From: an uncultured Candidatus Saccharibacteria bacterium
Lineage (GTDB): Bacteria > Patescibacteriota > Minisyncoccia > Phycocordibacterales > PALSA-1337
Direction: 5' to 3'
Assembly: GCA_964561875.1 (NCBI GenBank)
Contig: CAZLQL010000001.1
Location: 5,191-68,759, forward strand
DNA: 63,569 nt
The notes beneath the pieces are model-generated. The model saw only the letters and a program-made list of their open reading frames with translations. It was not told where the DNA came from and ran no database searches. The position numbers and the translations under genes are program-made. This document shows positions 7,455 to 17,275 of this stretch, piece after piece. Numbering within the stretch: the stretch's first letter is position 1; every line of letters starts with the position of its first letter.

Positions 7455-9005
7455 ATGAAATCAGCAATCAAGGCACTGTTCGAACAAGCTGGAGGTCAAA
7501 TCACTAAGTTTAATATCGACGTGACGATTCTCGTTGCAACGATGGCAGAGCTGGTGCGCGATTATATCGCAGAAGGAAATCTTAAGCTCGCGTTCGAAGC
7601 GTCCAAGGTCACCGGCAATCCTGCAGACCAACGCCTCGTTTTAGAAGCTTCTCGGAAGGTCAGATCATACTCGGAAAAGGTTGGTGTGGGTGGCCTTATG
7701 GAAGTCTTGGGGCAGGATCATTTCCTGTTCCAAGTTCTCCTTGCCACTGGCACCGAAAAGGAGTTGCGTGCTGTGGCACAAGAATTGGAGAAGAAAGGGT
7801 ATCTTAGGTCGAATGATGTGATCAAAATTTACACTCAACTGGAAGATCCTGTGGCACTCTACCGTTTTGGTAAAAAGGTGGCCAACAGCTACTTCACCGC
7901 AAAGAAAAAGGAAAAGAAAACACATGTTTTCAACGGTGGTACCTCTTCAATTCCCCAACATGCTCTCGAAATTTTGGCTGTGGCCAAGAAATTGGGGGCG
8001 AAGGATGTGAATCGAGAACTTATATGCTTTGGCGATAAGTTGTGTGCCGTAGATGGTGGGTTCAAGGTTGTGGTTCACAGTTCAAGTCGAGAAGAAGAAG
8101 TTCCTGAAGCAATTCGTGCTTACGAAATCGCAGGAACTTTAACAGCTCTTACAAAAGCAGCTGAAGGATACCTGGCGGTGGGTAATCTCCATGGGGCGGC
8201 ACGTTGCTTCAGCAAAGTTGGCGACGACAATCGCGTGATGGAGTTGGTTCATCAGTTAGCGAAGATCGGTGAATTGCTTGAAGCGGTTACGCTTCGTGCA
8301 ACTCTCATCAAAGAACCCATCACGGTTCAAGAGTTGGGGCGGTTGGTTGGAACTACAGCCGAATTCGCCAAGGCTAAGGTTGTTCAGACAATAAGTGCCT
8401 ATCTGGATGCTCGTGGCAAGGACGAGCCATTTCCTACATCGCACACATTCTGGCATTATAGCGACTCAAATGCTGATGAGTGGAATGAGTACCTGTACAC
8501 CGTGCACAGTATGGCCAGTCGTACCAATACGTACTTCTGTCGACCGTTTCCTTCAATCGCCAAAGAACTATATGCCACCAGCAATGCTCCTGTCATGACC
8601 CAGATTCATCTGGCGTTACAGAAGCACTTACTCGTCGGCTATATGCTCTCGGCAGTTACAATGGAAACGGATGGACGGTGTCCAAGTCGGGAACGTAAGT
8701 ATGTCCATGCGTTTGATGCTGCACTTCGTACGTTCGAGTATGGAGTCAACGGAGGTGGTTATAACCCCTTCGACGGCTTGAATTTCAAGACAGACCCTGA
8801 CATGTCAGCTCTGCTGAAAGTGCTTCTCAAGTTTCAGAAACAAGAGATTACTGTGGCCGGCAAGACAGGGGGCGGCAGCTTCGAGCACAATAGCCAGTCT
8901 CACAACTTCCTTCGTGAAAAAAGTCCTGAACTCCAGGGTAAAGTCAGAGAGGTTTACCAAAAACTTACTGGCGATATTCGGAGTCTCTTGACTCAACTGA
9001 AGTGA
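7455..9005 (+). CDS. Hypothetical helical-repeat protein (516 aa), G+C-rich ORFan
   Basis: ATG 7455 follows a purine-rich GAAAGAAGAAGAA. The upstream part of ORF 7332.. overlaps the previous gene. Confidence 0.6.
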   Translation: MKSAIKALFEQAGGQITKFNIDVTILVATMAELVRDYIAEGNLKLAFEASKVTGNPADQRLVLEASRKVRSYSEKVGVGGLMEVLGQDHFLFQVLLATGTEKELRAVAQELEKKGYLRSNDVIKIYTQLEDPVALYRFGKKVANSYFTAKKKEKKTHVFNGGTSSIPQHALEILAVAKKLGAKDVNRELICFGDKLCAVDGGFKVVVHSSSREEEVPEAIRAYEIAGTLTALTKAAEGYLAVGNLHGAARCFSKVGDDNRVMELVHQLAKIGELLEAVTLRATLIKEPITVQELGRLVGTTAEFAKAKVVQTISAYLDARGKDEPFPTSHTFWHYSDSNADEWNEYLYTVHSMASRTNTYFCRPFPSIAKELYATSNAPVMTQIHLALQKHLLVGYMLSAVTMETDGRCPSRERKYVHAFDAALRTFEYGVNGGGYNPFDGLNFKTDPDMSALLKVLLKFQKQEITVAGKTGGGSFEHNSQSHNFLREKSPELQGKVREVYQKLTGDIRSLLTQLK

Positions 9006-9021
9006 AATAACCTTCAGGCAC

Positions 9022-9063
9022 ATGACCCTCAAGTAAGCGTAAGCTGAACGGGGGTCATTTTTG
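9022..9063 (+). terminator. Rho-independent terminator
   Basis: ATGACCC (9022-9028) pairs with GGGGTCAT (9051-9058), followed by a T-run. Confidence 0.55.
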
Positions 9064-9189
9064 TACAAAAATAAATAGCCTTATCATATATTAACTATTC
9101 GGGACCAATTCAGATCTGATATATTGACTAAAGAATTTCTAATCTCATATAAGACTCGCAGTAGGCAAGTCTCATGATATAATCTTTTC

Positions 9190-9468
9190 ATGAAAATGAT
9201 TTTATCACTAACAACCCTTATTTTAGGATTTATATGGTATCACTCTGCTTTTAGTATTCCAGAAATAGTACAAGGTATGATCTCAGGTCTTATTGCTATG
9301 GTTTCAATTTACTTTGCTATTAGTGCTATACGTCACAAAGAAGTTGCTTCGGGGTTGGGATTAATTAAATTTTTCGGTTTGTTACTTGCTATTTTTATTA
9401 TAATTATAGATATAATTTTTATAGCATCTTCTGTTGGTGTATGGGTTGTTGCTTTCTTTGTTGGTTAA
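9190..9468 (+). CDS. Small integral membrane protein (92 aa, about 3 TM)
   Basis: Hydrophobic ORF. TATAAT (9178-9183) lies exactly 6 nt before the ATG. Confidence 0.55.
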   Translation: MKMILSLTTLILGFIWYHSAFSIPEIVQGMISGLIAMVSIYFAISAIRHKEVASGLGLIKFFGLLLAIFIIIIDIIFIASSVGVWVVAFFVG

Positions 9469-9497
9469 TTTGAAAAAGTTTCTTAAATATAAAAAAG

Positions 9498-9540
9498 AAA
9501 ACCGCTCTGCAAAAGCTTTGCGGCTTTCGTGAGCGGTTTG
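9498..9540. terminator. Bidirectional hairpin terminator between convergent genes
   Basis: AAACCGCTC (9499-9507) pairs with GAGCGGTTT (9531-9539), with flanking A and T runs. Confidence 0.55.
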
Positions 9541-9559
9541 TTGCACAAGACTAGCAAAG

Positions 9560-10258
9560 CTAGCGTGTACGAAACAGTCTGGTGATTCTAAACTTTTCAG
9601 TGAAATCACCCACACAATCACCAAATCCAGACACCGATATTTGGTAATTGCGTCCACCAATATTTCCGGCAGAAATGCCGTTAGGATTTGGTGGAGGGAC
9701 AGTGAAGAGGTAGCTTCCGGTATTGGGAACCTTGAATGCGATGATGGTTTCTCCAGCATCACCACTTTCGGTGTTGTACCGAAAATCCCAAAGACCGATT
9801 TGAACCATGTCTGCTTGGCCATGCGTTGACCACTTTATCTCATAGGTCTTGCCAACATACCAGACATCACTTTCGTCTGGTGAGGTCACAATTATCTTGG
9901 CCTCACTCACATGAATTGTCATTGAGCGGTTAACCCATTCCTTGCCGTTGTAGGCGGTAACAGAAACTGTCTTGTCACCAGCTTTTTGGTAAATGTTGGT
10001 GACAGATCGCGCATACTGGTATGGGTAATTTTTGTTCCAGTTGTAGAGGTTGGGGAACTCCTCCGCGTCTGCATTCCAAGCAAACGAGTAGGGTGAGTTC
10101 GTATCACCACCCTCTACGTGGATTTTCCACGTAACGGTATCTCCAATGACAGGGTGTGCCGGTTCTGCCGACATGAAGAGGGTGAGGTCGGCCAGTGCAC
10201 TGAATGAGCTGATGACCAATACGACAATTGACACAATTAGTGATGACAGAGCTTTCAT
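9560..10258 (-). CDS. Secreted protein with a PKD-like domain plus a Kre9/KNH-like (Ser/Thr-rich GPI-anchored family fold) beta-sandwich domain
   Basis: Signal peptide MKALSSLIVSIVVLVISSFSALA. PKD-like GDTVTW...YSFAWNAD...YQKAGDKTVSVTAYNG. Second domain VTSPDESDVWYVGKTYEIKWST...VQIGL...VPNTGSYLFTVP. G+C-rich with an AAGGAA SD. Confidence 0.6.
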   Translation of the reverse strand: MKALSSLIVSIVVLVISSFSALADLTLFMSAEPAHPVIGDTVTWKIHVEGGDTNSPYSFAWNADAEEFPNLYNWNKNYPYQYARSVTNIYQKAGDKTVSVTAYNGKEWVNRSMTIHVSEAKIIVTSPDESDVWYVGKTYEIKWSTHGQADMVQIGLWDFRYNTESGDAGETIIAFKVPNTGSYLFTVPPPNPNGISAGNIGGRNYQISVSGFGDCVGDFTEKFRITRLFRTR

Positions 10259-10488
10259 CTTACTATTCCTTACAAGGTGCGTTTGTTTAGTTCAAGAGTT
10301 GTTCCTGTAGCTATACAGGCTCCTAATCTACTGGTTAATAGTATACAACATTAGTGGGCAGACTGTCAAGTTATTTATATCAAACAGTTTTAATATAAAC
10401 CACCAACCCATTGCTACATATCACTTTTAATGGTATTTTAATGCAGTAATTTTGTACATTAAATTAAACAATAGAAAGGAGGTTTTTT

Positions 10489-11326
10489 GTGTTTTTATTA
10501 AATACTACTCGCAATAATGGTATTGCATACTTAATCTGGAGCCGGCTTTTGAGGGGTAATGGAAGATTCAATGCTTGGCTTGATGGTTTTTATTTCGGCT
10601 CAAGTCGCGGAATGAATGATTATGATGCTATTGCTACTCGATATGTAGCAACGAACATTAAACCAGACAAACACTTTTCAATTCTTCCTACTGTCATGAA
10701 AATGGTAGGGGATTGTAGGGGTAAGGTGATATTCGACTTTGGTTGTGGTTCAGGGTTTTTTACTTTACAACTTGCGCAATCTGGAGCATACAGAGTTTAT
10801 GGTGTAGATAATTCTGTAAAACAAATTGAGCTTGCAAAAAGATTTTCGAAACATCCTTTGATCAGTTACTGGGTTCGAGATATCTTTACACAGTATTGTG
10901 GCTACGCAGATATTATTACAGCACCATTTGTGATCAATTATGCACGTTCCGCCCCAATACTCACTCGTTTTTTCGAATTGGTTTTTTGATTCTCTTACAC
11001 TGGGAGGAAAGATTGTATTTGTATTTGATCTTCCAAACGGTAAAAGTCTAAAACGTTTTGGAGCAACAAAGACCTTTTTGGGTCCGGTTGCAGATGAAAC
11101 TCAAATTCAAATAAATCTTTTCAATGATGAAAAGCAAATCTGTACTCTTTTTGCTGTTTATTACACACCTCGGACTATAGAGTCTCTTCTTCGAAATGTT
11201 GGTTTTAGAGAGATTCAGTGGTACAGACCAATTATTTCCAAAGAGGGAATTGAAAGACTTGGACATGATTTTTGGAAAGGGTATATCGATGATCCCGAAT
11301 TGGGTTATGTTGTAGCTGAGAGATGA
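10489..11326 (+). pseudogene. Class I SAM-dependent methyltransferase interrupted by a frameshift in a T-run
   Basis: Motif I VIFDFGCGSGFFT. Frame 1 ends ...LTRFFELVF*. Frame 2 continues SNWFFDSLTLGGKIVFV. The switch is at the T6 run around 10968-10973. GTG 10489 has an AGGAGG SD. Confidence 0.6.
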
Positions 11327-11436
11327 GATTGTAAAGCACACCAGTCAAATGGTGTGCTTTTTTAATCCTACTGATTCTCAAACTGGTCCCATATCAATCA
11401 ATTTCTAATCTCATTATTTTTGTGTATAGTTAAGCT

Positions 11437-11892
11437 ATGAATAATAAAAACAAACTTATACCAAGTCTTTGGTTCAGTAATACAGGTGGAAATATATCAA
11501 AGGTCTTAGAATATTATAAAAATATATTTGGAGATAACCTTGAAATAGGTAATATAAATGACCTAGGTCAAACCCCAAGTGGAAAAACAGAATTATGTGA
11601 AATAACCATATTTGGTCAGAGATATTCTATTATGTGTACAGAAATGGAACATGATAAATTTAATGATTCAATTGCTCTAACTATAGAATGTAATGATCAA
11701 ACAGAGATAGATAAATACTGGAATTATTTTGTAAAAGAGGGTAGAGAAGTGCAGTGTGGTTGGTGTATTGATAAATACGGTTTGCGTTGGCAGGTTATAC
11801 CAGAAAACCTAAACGAACTTATGAATAAACCAAATTCATGGAATGTAATGATGAATCAGAAAAAGATAATAATAGAAGAGTATTTGAAATAA
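11437..11892 (+). CDS. VOC/PhnB-like protein (3-demethylubiquinone-9 3-methyltransferase domain family)
   Basis: LIPSLWF...ITIFGQRY...CGWCIDKYGLRWQVIP. TATAGT (11425-11430) lies 6 nt before the ATG. Confidence 0.7.
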   Translation: MNNKNKLIPSLWFSNTGGNISKVLEYYKNIFGDNLEIGNINDLGQTPSGKTELCEITIFGQRYSIMCTEMEHDKFNDSIALTIECNDQTEIDKYWNYFVKEGREVQCGWCIDKYGLRWQVIPENLNELMNKPNSWNVMMNQKKIIIEEYLK

Positions 11893-11897
11893 ATTAA

Positions 11898-12431
11898 ATG
11901 AAAATCTATGTAGCTTTCCTTAGAGGTATAAATGTAGGAAGAAATTCTGCGGTAAATATGGGTGTGTTGAAAAAGGTATTTGAATCATTGGGTTTTGATA
12001 GTGTAGTTACTTATATAAATAGTGGAAATGTGTTATTTAAAAGTAAAAGAGAGCCAAGTGTTGATAGTATAGAAAAGGCAATTGAAAAAGAATTTGGATT
12101 TTATATAAGAGTAATTGTTAGAGATTCAGATAACCTGATAGATTTAAATAGTAATATACCAAAAGAGTGGAATAATAAAGAACAAAAGACAGACATACTA
12201 TTTTTGTGGGACCACTTTGATAATAAAGAATCACTAAATCTACTAAATAAAAAAGATGTAGATAACTTAATATATTTCAAGGGAGCGATAGTGTGGAATA
12301 TAAATAGGAAAGATTATAAAAAAAGTAGCATGAATAAATTTATAGGAACAGAATTGTATAAAAATATGACCGCTAGGAATATAAATACACTCAGAAAGCT
12401 AGTTGATATTATAAGAATTAAGTTTATATAG
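11898..12431 (+). CDS. DUF1697 family protein
   Basis: N-terminus MKIYVAFLRGINVGRNS...YINSGNVLF is characteristic. Confidence 0.7.
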   Translation: MKIYVAFLRGINVGRNSAVNMGVLKKVFESLGFDSVVTYINSGNVLFKSKREPSVDSIEKAIEKEFGFYIRVIVRDSDNLIDLNSNIPKEWNNKEQKTDILFLWDHFDNKESLNLLNKKDVDNLIYFKGAIVWNINRKDYKKSSMNKFIGTELYKNMTARNINTLRKLVDIIRIKFI

Positions 12432-12489
12432 GTATTTTTTTGATAATTTAAACAATACTCTGTGTTAAAAGTTGTGTTAGTATTTATAC

Positions 12490-12885
12490 ATGAAACAAAT
12501 ACTCTTATACATAATTACTTTACTAAGCGTGGTTTTGCTCGATCTTACTTGGTTCAAACTATCATCAAGCTTTTATACAAAAGAAATTGGTTTTTTATTT
12601 GGAGAAAAAACAAACTTTATTCCAGCAATTATATTTTATTTAATCTATGCTCTCGGTATAGTGTATTTTGTTGTAAACCCAAATATCGCAAATGGGGGAA
12701 GTTACATAAGTGTATTAGTTATAGGAGCATTTTTTGGACTTATTGCTTATGGTACTTATGATTTTACAAATCATGCAACAATAAAAGATTGGCCTATTAT
12801 TGTAACTATAATAGATATTATATGGGGAATGTTTGTGACTAGTACATCTAGCTTAATAGCTTTCTATTTAACTAGATTTTTTTAA
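12490..12885 (+). CDS. DUF2177-like membrane protein
   Basis: 131 aa, 4 TM. TAGTAT (12478-12483) lies 6 nt before the ATG. The alternative-frame ORF 12462-12761 is rejected. Confidence 0.6.
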   Translation: MKQILLYIITLLSVVLLDLTWFKLSSSFYTKEIGFLFGEKTNFIPAIIFYLIYALGIVYFVVNPNIANGGSYISVLVIGAFFGLIAYGTYDFTNHATIKDWPIIVTIIDIIWGMFVTSTSSLIAFYLTRFF

Positions 12886-12899
12886 ATAGATAAAATCTT

Positions 12900-13451
12900 A
12901 TGACCAAAGAAGAAATTTTAGATTTAATAAAGTCAGATCCATGGATGATGGAAGTTTTGGGTATAGCACGTTCTCTTGGTATTAAAGATTGGGCTATAGG
13001 TGCTGGTTTTGTGAGAAATAAAGTTTGGGATCATTTAAGTGGTAGAACCAAGATTGGTGTAGATACTCCTGATATTGATTTGGTATATTATGATCCACAG
13101 GGTAATGATGAAGTTTCTGATGAAAAATTGTCTGTAGAATTAAATAAAAAGACCGGTTACAATTGGGAAGTTGTAAATCAAAATTATTCTCATGTATGGA
13201 ATAAGCTTGATCCTTATACATCAACAGTAGATGCAATATCAAAATGGCCAGAAACTGTTACTGCAATAGGGGTAAGTTTCGATAATGATAATGAACTACA
13301 TCTCATTGCTCCTTATGGTGTCGATGATCTTGTGAACTTTGTAGTCAGACCAACACCAGCTTTTAAAGACAAAGTTGATGTTTTAAATAATAGGGTGATT
13401 AAAAAGAAGTGGCTCGAGAAATGGCCAAGGATAGTAGTAAAAGAAATATAA
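12900..13451 (+). CDS. Nucleotidyltransferase family protein (NTP_transf_6/DUF925-like)
   Basis: WAIGAGFVRNKVWDHLSG...DIDLVYYD. Confidence 0.65.
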   Translation: MTKEEILDLIKSDPWMMEVLGIARSLGIKDWAIGAGFVRNKVWDHLSGRTKIGVDTPDIDLVYYDPQGNDEVSDEKLSVELNKKTGYNWEVVNQNYSHVWNKLDPYTSTVDAISKWPETVTAIGVSFDNDNELHLIAPYGVDDLVNFVVRPTPAFKDKVDVLNNRVIKKKWLEKWPRIVVKEI

Positions 13452-13609
13452 CATTAATGACTCAAAGCCAGATGATGCTCATGTATTAAAATCACCTCAA
13501 TATAATCACTAAATAAAACACTATTTTCACCCACATAATCTAAGGATCATAGCTATAAAATACATTTTCCTTCAAAAAAGCTTGAAAAACTGCTAGAATC
13601 AACCTGATT

Positions 13610-15277
13610 ATGAATAATAAAGATTTAGCAGACCTAATATTTGACGATAAGGTAAAACCTATACAATTTTGGCTTGATAAATATCCTACTAGAGATTTAC
13701 CCAAACATGCTGAAGTAACAAGAATAGGCCCAAGTCCTACTGGATTTTTACATATAGGAGCTATATATATGGGGCTTATAAACCGTCGTATATCAAGTGA
13801 TACAAATGGTGTTTTTTATTTAAGAATTGAAGACACAGACACAGAAAGAGAAATACCTGGAGCTAAAGAGCTTATAGTAAAAGGTTTTGAAGAATTTGGT
13901 ATAAAGTTTGATGAAGGAATAGACAAGGATGGAAATGAGTTTGGAAACTATGGTCCATATCTTCAGACACAGAGAAGTGAAATATATGCTAGTTTTGCTC
14001 GTGAACTTGTGTTGCAGGGAAGAGCTTACCCTTGTTTTATGACAAAAGATGAATTGCTTGCATCTAGAGCAGAGCAGGAAAAAAACAAGGTTCGACCCGG
14101 TTATTATGGTAAATATGCATTGTGGCGTGATGCATCAATAGAGAAAGTAAAAGAAAAATTGGATAGCAATACTCCATATGTTTTGAGATTTAAATCTATT
14201 GGAGATCAGAATACGAAACAAAGTTTTAATGATGAATTTTTGGGCAATATACAAGTTCCGCAGAATGATGAAGATTTTGTTTTATTGAAAACAAATAAAA
14301 TTCCAACCTACCATTTTGCACATGTTATAGATGATTACCTTATGAAAACAACCTTTGTTATTCGAGGTGGTGAATGGCTATCTTCGATCGGTAAACATAT
14401 AGAGTTGTGGCAATCATTTAATTTTCCAATTCCCAAATACGGACACTTGGCTCCAATAAATAAAAGAGAAGGAAATACAGTTAGGAAATTGAGTAAAAGA
14501 AAGGATCCTGAAGCAAATATAATGAAATACATTGAGCTTGGATATACTACCAATGCTGTAGTAGGGTATCTTTATCGTTTAGCAAATCCTTCTTTTGATG
14601 ATTGGTGGCAATCAGAACCTCGTGCTTCTGTATGGGATTTTCCTTTTTCTACAAAGGAATTACAAAAGAGTGGACCAGGACCACTTATAGATTTAAAGAA
14701 ATTGGATGATATAAGTTCTGATATTGTAGCTATGATGAGTGCAAAAGAGGTTGCAGATAAAATGATAAAATGGGCAAGTATTTATGATACAAAATTTGCT
14801 GATGTTATATCAAAAGAGGGTAGTTATCTCGAAAATATCCTTGGTATAGAACGTGATCATAAGAATCCAAGAAAAGATATTGTGAACTGGTCTATCGGTA
14901 AAGAAAGTATATATTATTTCTTTGATTCACTATTTTCTTCTGAAAATGCTAAACAGAGTATGGTAAATGAGAAAATACATGATACTTTCAAGGAAATTTC
15001 TAGTGAACTTTTAGATTTAATTTCAAACGATAAGTTTTATGTATCAGAAAATCTAGAATCATGGCTTTCAGAAATAAAGGTTTTAGCTGATAAACTACGT
15101 TTTGCCACTGATAAAAATAAATTAAAAGAAAATCCAGATAAATATAGGGGAGACTTCGCAACCTTTATGAAAATTTTGAGATTGGCAATAACTGGTACAA
15201 ACAAAACCCCAAATCTATTCTATGTTTTGAAGGTCATGGGTAAGGATAGGGTTTTAAATAGGATTAAATCTTTATAA
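13610..15277 (+). CDS. gltX: Glutamyl-tRNA synthetase
   Basis: Class I motifs PSPTGFLHIGA (HIGH) and KLSKRK (KMSKS); LRIEDTD. Confidence 0.92.
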   Translation: MNNKDLADLIFDDKVKPIQFWLDKYPTRDLPKHAEVTRIGPSPTGFLHIGAIYMGLINRRISSDTNGVFYLRIEDTDTEREIPGAKELIVKGFEEFGIKFDEGIDKDGNEFGNYGPYLQTQRSEIYASFARELVLQGRAYPCFMTKDELLASRAEQEKNKVRPGYYGKYALWRDASIEKVKEKLDSNTPYVLRFKSIGDQNTKQSFNDEFLGNIQVPQNDEDFVLLKTNKIPTYHFAHVIDDYLMKTTFVIRGGEWLSSIGKHIELWQSFNFPIPKYGHLAPINKREGNTVRKLSKRKDPEANIMKYIELGYTTNAVVGYLYRLANPSFDDWWQSEPRASVWDFPFSTKELQKSGPGPLIDLKKLDDISSDIVAMMSAKEVADKMIKWASIYDTKFADVISKEGSYLENILGIERDHKNPRKDIVNWSIGKESIYYFFDSLFSSENAKQSMVNEKIHDTFKEISSELLDLISNDKFYVSENLESWLSEIKVLADKLRFATDKNKLKENPDKYRGDFATFMKILRLAITGTNKTPNLFYVLKVMGKDRVLNRIKSL

Positions 15278-15332
15278 CTTTAAGTTTCATATTTATTTGC
15301 TATACTTGATATAAGTTTATTTAATTAATTTT

Positions 15333-15782
15333 ATGATCACAATATTTATACTTTCAGTTGCTGGTGCTATATTATCAGCCGTTATAGGAACTATTTGGTA
15401 TTCTAATGCTACACCGATGGGCAAGATTCATATGAGATACCTAGGTTTCGATAAGCTTACAGAAGAAGAGAAAAAAGCAAAAATGATAGAGGCAAAGCCT
15501 ATGATGTTGAAGATGTATTCTGGACAAATGCTTCTATCACTACTTACTTCATTTGCTGTGGTATTTATCATAACAATGAGTATAAGAAATGGTTTGTCTT
15601 CAGGAATGGCTTTTGGTTTTGTAGTATTAAACTGGCTATGCTTCATGGTTCCTATCATAGGTTCAGGAATAATATGGAGTAATTGTGATAGGGCTATAGT
15701 TTGGAAAAAGTTTTTTTCAGATATATTTTCAAACCTAGTTATAGTACTTATTATCGGTCTATTGGCAAGTTTCTTTGCTTAG
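15333..15782 (+). CDS. DUF1761-like membrane protein
   Basis: 149 aa, 4 TM, IGTIWYS N-terminal motif. Confidence 0.5.
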   Translation: MITIFILSVAGAILSAVIGTIWYSNATPMGKIHMRYLGFDKLTEEEKKAKMIEAKPMMLKMYSGQMLLSLLTSFAVVFIITMSIRNGLSSGMAFGFVVLNWLCFMVPIIGSGIIWSNCDRAIVWKKFFSDIFSNLVIVLIIGLLASFFA

Positions 15783-15841
15783 TAGATTGTAATCTATTCA
15801 ATAGATTTTCAGATTAGAAACGATCAGTTATACAGTTTTTG

Positions 15842-15869
15842 AAACCGCCAGCTTTTGTTGGCGGTTTTG
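15842..15869. terminator. Bidirectional hairpin terminator
   Basis: AACCGCCA (15843-15850) pairs with TGGCGGTT (15859-15866), followed by a T-run. Confidence 0.6.
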
Positions 15870-17210
15870 TTATATCTCTATTGAATCTCCAGCAACAAAA
15901 CCTGTAGTCCAACATAATTGCAGACTATAACCACCTGAGGGTCTATCTATATTTAAAATATCACCAACCAAGAATAGATTATCAAACAGCTTTGATTTCA
16001 TAGTTTTAAAATCTACTTCATTTAGATCTATACCACCTGATGTAACAATAGCTTTTTCTACACCAAGTAAACCCTGTACTTCCATAGGTATATTTTTTAA
16101 TAATTTTATAAGTGACAATCTTTGTTCTCTAGTAATACTATGACACCAAGTATCACCATCTATTCCTGATAGGGTAGATACAGCTTCTGCAAAACTTGGT
16201 TTGAATATTTCAGTTAAAGCATTTTTAAACTTCTTATTACTGTTTTCTTTAAAGATATTTTGAAGTTTTTCATTTAGCATTCCATAATCTAGTTCTGGAA
16301 GTACATCCAGACATAGTTTTACATCACCATACTTTAAAAGTTCACTTATATCACGACTCATATTTAATACTGTAGGACCTGATAATCCAAAATGAGTAAA
16401 TAATATTCTACCTGTATTTGAACCTTGCTTTTCATCATTTTGATAAAGAGTAATCTTTGCATTATCTATAGTGACCCCTTGTAGTCTCTTAACCCATTCA
16501 TCTTTTATTGATACAGGTACAAGGACAGCATCTTGCTCTATAACTTTATGTCCTATTTCAGTTAACCATCTGAAACCATCACCAGTAGAACCGGTTTCAG
16601 GACGAGACTTTCCACCAGTGGCTAGGATAAAGTTTTTTGCATATACAGTCTCTTTATTTTTAAGTTTAATCCCAATTATTTTATTTTCTTTTTTAATAAA
16701 GCCTTTTACTTCAGTATTTGAAGCTATGTTTACATTATTCTTTTTTAAATCATTAACCAAGACATCCCAGACAGATTTTGCACTATTTGAAACAGGGAAT
16801 ACTCTCAGATTAGCCTCTACTTTTGTCGGCATATTTCTTTCATTAAAAAAATCTAGAGTATTTTTTACACTCCACTTTGAAAAAGCAGAAAATAGATATT
16901 TATCACTATCTTTAAATTTAGCCAATAGCTTTCTATTGTCTAGTTCAGCATTTGTAACATTGCATCTACCACCACCAGTTATAAGAAGCTTTTTCCCCAA
17001 GATATCATTCTTTTCAATCAATAGAACCTTTGCACCACGTTCACCTGCTCTTATGGCAGACATCATACCCGACGGTCCACCTCCTATGACTACCACATCC
17101 CATATTTCATATGGTTTATTTGTTTGACCATTTATCGGCTCATATACAAGCTTATTTGGTGTTTTATCTGTTGTTTTATCCACTATCTTATTTTTATCCA
17201 ACTTATCCAT
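15870..17210 (-). CDS. HI0933/BaiN-type FAD-dependent oxidoreductase
   Basis: VVVIGGGPSGMMSAIRAGERGAKVLLIEK...GGGRCNVTN. Confidence 0.85.
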   Translation of the reverse strand: MDKLDKNKIVDKTTDKTPNKLVYEPINGQTNKPYEIWDVVVIGGGPSGMMSAIRAGERGAKVLLIEKNDILGKKLLITGGGRCNVTNAELDNRKLLAKFKDSDKYLFSAFSKWSVKNTLDFFNERNMPTKVEANLRVFPVSNSAKSVWDVLVNDLKKNNVNIASNTEVKGFIKKENKIIGIKLKNKETVYAKNFILATGGKSRPETGSTGDGFRWLTEIGHKVIEQDAVLVPVSIKDEWVKRLQGVTIDNAKITLYQNDEKQGSNTGRILFTHFGLSGPTVLNMSRDISELLKYGDVKLCLDVLPELDYGMLNEKLQNIFKENSNKKFKNALTEIFKPSFAEAVSTLSGIDGDTWCHSITREQRLSLIKLLKNIPMEVQGLLGVEKAIVTSGGIDLNEVDFKTMKSKLFDNLFLVGDILNIDRPSGGYSLQLCWTTGFVAGDSIEI

Positions 17211-17275
17211 AGAACTATCCTAGCATAATATTTAAAATAGTAGTCATAAGTCATTTTTAATGGTAACGTGAAGAA

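Noticed and set aside
12462-12761. 99-aa alternative-frame ORF
   Set aside because: It overlaps the DUF2177-like membrane protein frame, which has the better start context (-10 six nt upstream) and coherent TM helices.
16471-17127. 218-aa plus-strand ORF
   Set aside because: It is antisense to the FAD oxidoreductase gene and has no motifs or SD.
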